Below, piece by piece: positions 63,611 through 64,000 of a DNA stretch of 64,000 bases. The stretch comes from Macrostomum lignano (taxonomy: Eukaryota). Every line of letters begins with the position of its first letter. The first letter of the stretch is position 1. Position numbers and translations under genes: made by a program. The stretch lies in NCBI GenBank assembly GCA_002269645.1, contig NIVC01000152.1, positions 1-64,000 on the forward strand, written 5' to 3'. Below the pieces are notes generated by a model. That model saw only the letters and a list, made by a program, of their open reading frames with translations, had not been told where the DNA came from and did no database searches.

Positions 63611-64000
63611 CCGATCTTCTATTTATTGTACTACATGTAGATATACATTAGCCGAGAAATATTCAAGATACATGTAAAGTAAATGGAATATGGAAGCTAG
63701 GTTTTGTTAATATAATCAGAGGTTTCATTAAGGTTTCGCTTTCAGTATTTTTTTTTCATTGAAATTACGAGCATACAATTTTCATTAAATTCCTAAAACA
63801 TGAATTGATTTCGAACGAGGATCCAAAAGTCCCGAAGCTATTTAGCTTTTTGCTTCGGTTGCCTACAATCTTCCTGTCAATTACAGCTCTGCATCTCTTC
63901 CATTTTTTAATTGAATATCTCATTTTAGCATAAAAATGAAAGCTTTACTTCAAAACCCTAATTTTTATTTCGGTCAATTTTGCAGTGTTTGTGTTGGCAA

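Overview
Repeat-rich eukaryotic (metazoan) DNA with spliced genes; there are no prokaryotic features and no CRISPR array. GC-rich codon use, short introns and tRNA-derived SINEs suggest a flatworm such as Macrostomum (inference only). Most genes are invisible in the ORF track and were rebuilt by hand from GT-AG exons. In order they are: the 5' half of a conventional protein kinase C (-), an NPFF/SIFamide-type GPCR (+, 5 exons, with a Gypsy element lacking RT in intron 3), a 92-aa orphan single-pass membrane protein (-), a secreted trypsin-family protease (-, 6 exons), RNF5/RNF185 (+), FBXO8 (+), an intronless 1590-aa very large GTPase of the VLIG/GVIN1 family (-) ending in a CaaX box, and a 3-exon coiled-coil gene (+). 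Between them lie two SINE families, two MITEs, LINE/DIRS/DDE remnants, kinase and USP pseudogene remnants, and more than 12 distinct micro- and minisatellites. Best leads: (1) a VLIG GTPase with a prenylation-type C-terminus, head-to-head with a decayed intronless ORF carrying a ubiquitin-protease domain; (2) a local duplication of two convergent 3' gene ends in which each copy kept one gene's terminal exon and degraded the other; (3) a tRNA-SINE family with a conserved multi-hairpin body of hammerhead-like topology. Coordinates were counted by hand; repeat boundaries are approximate.
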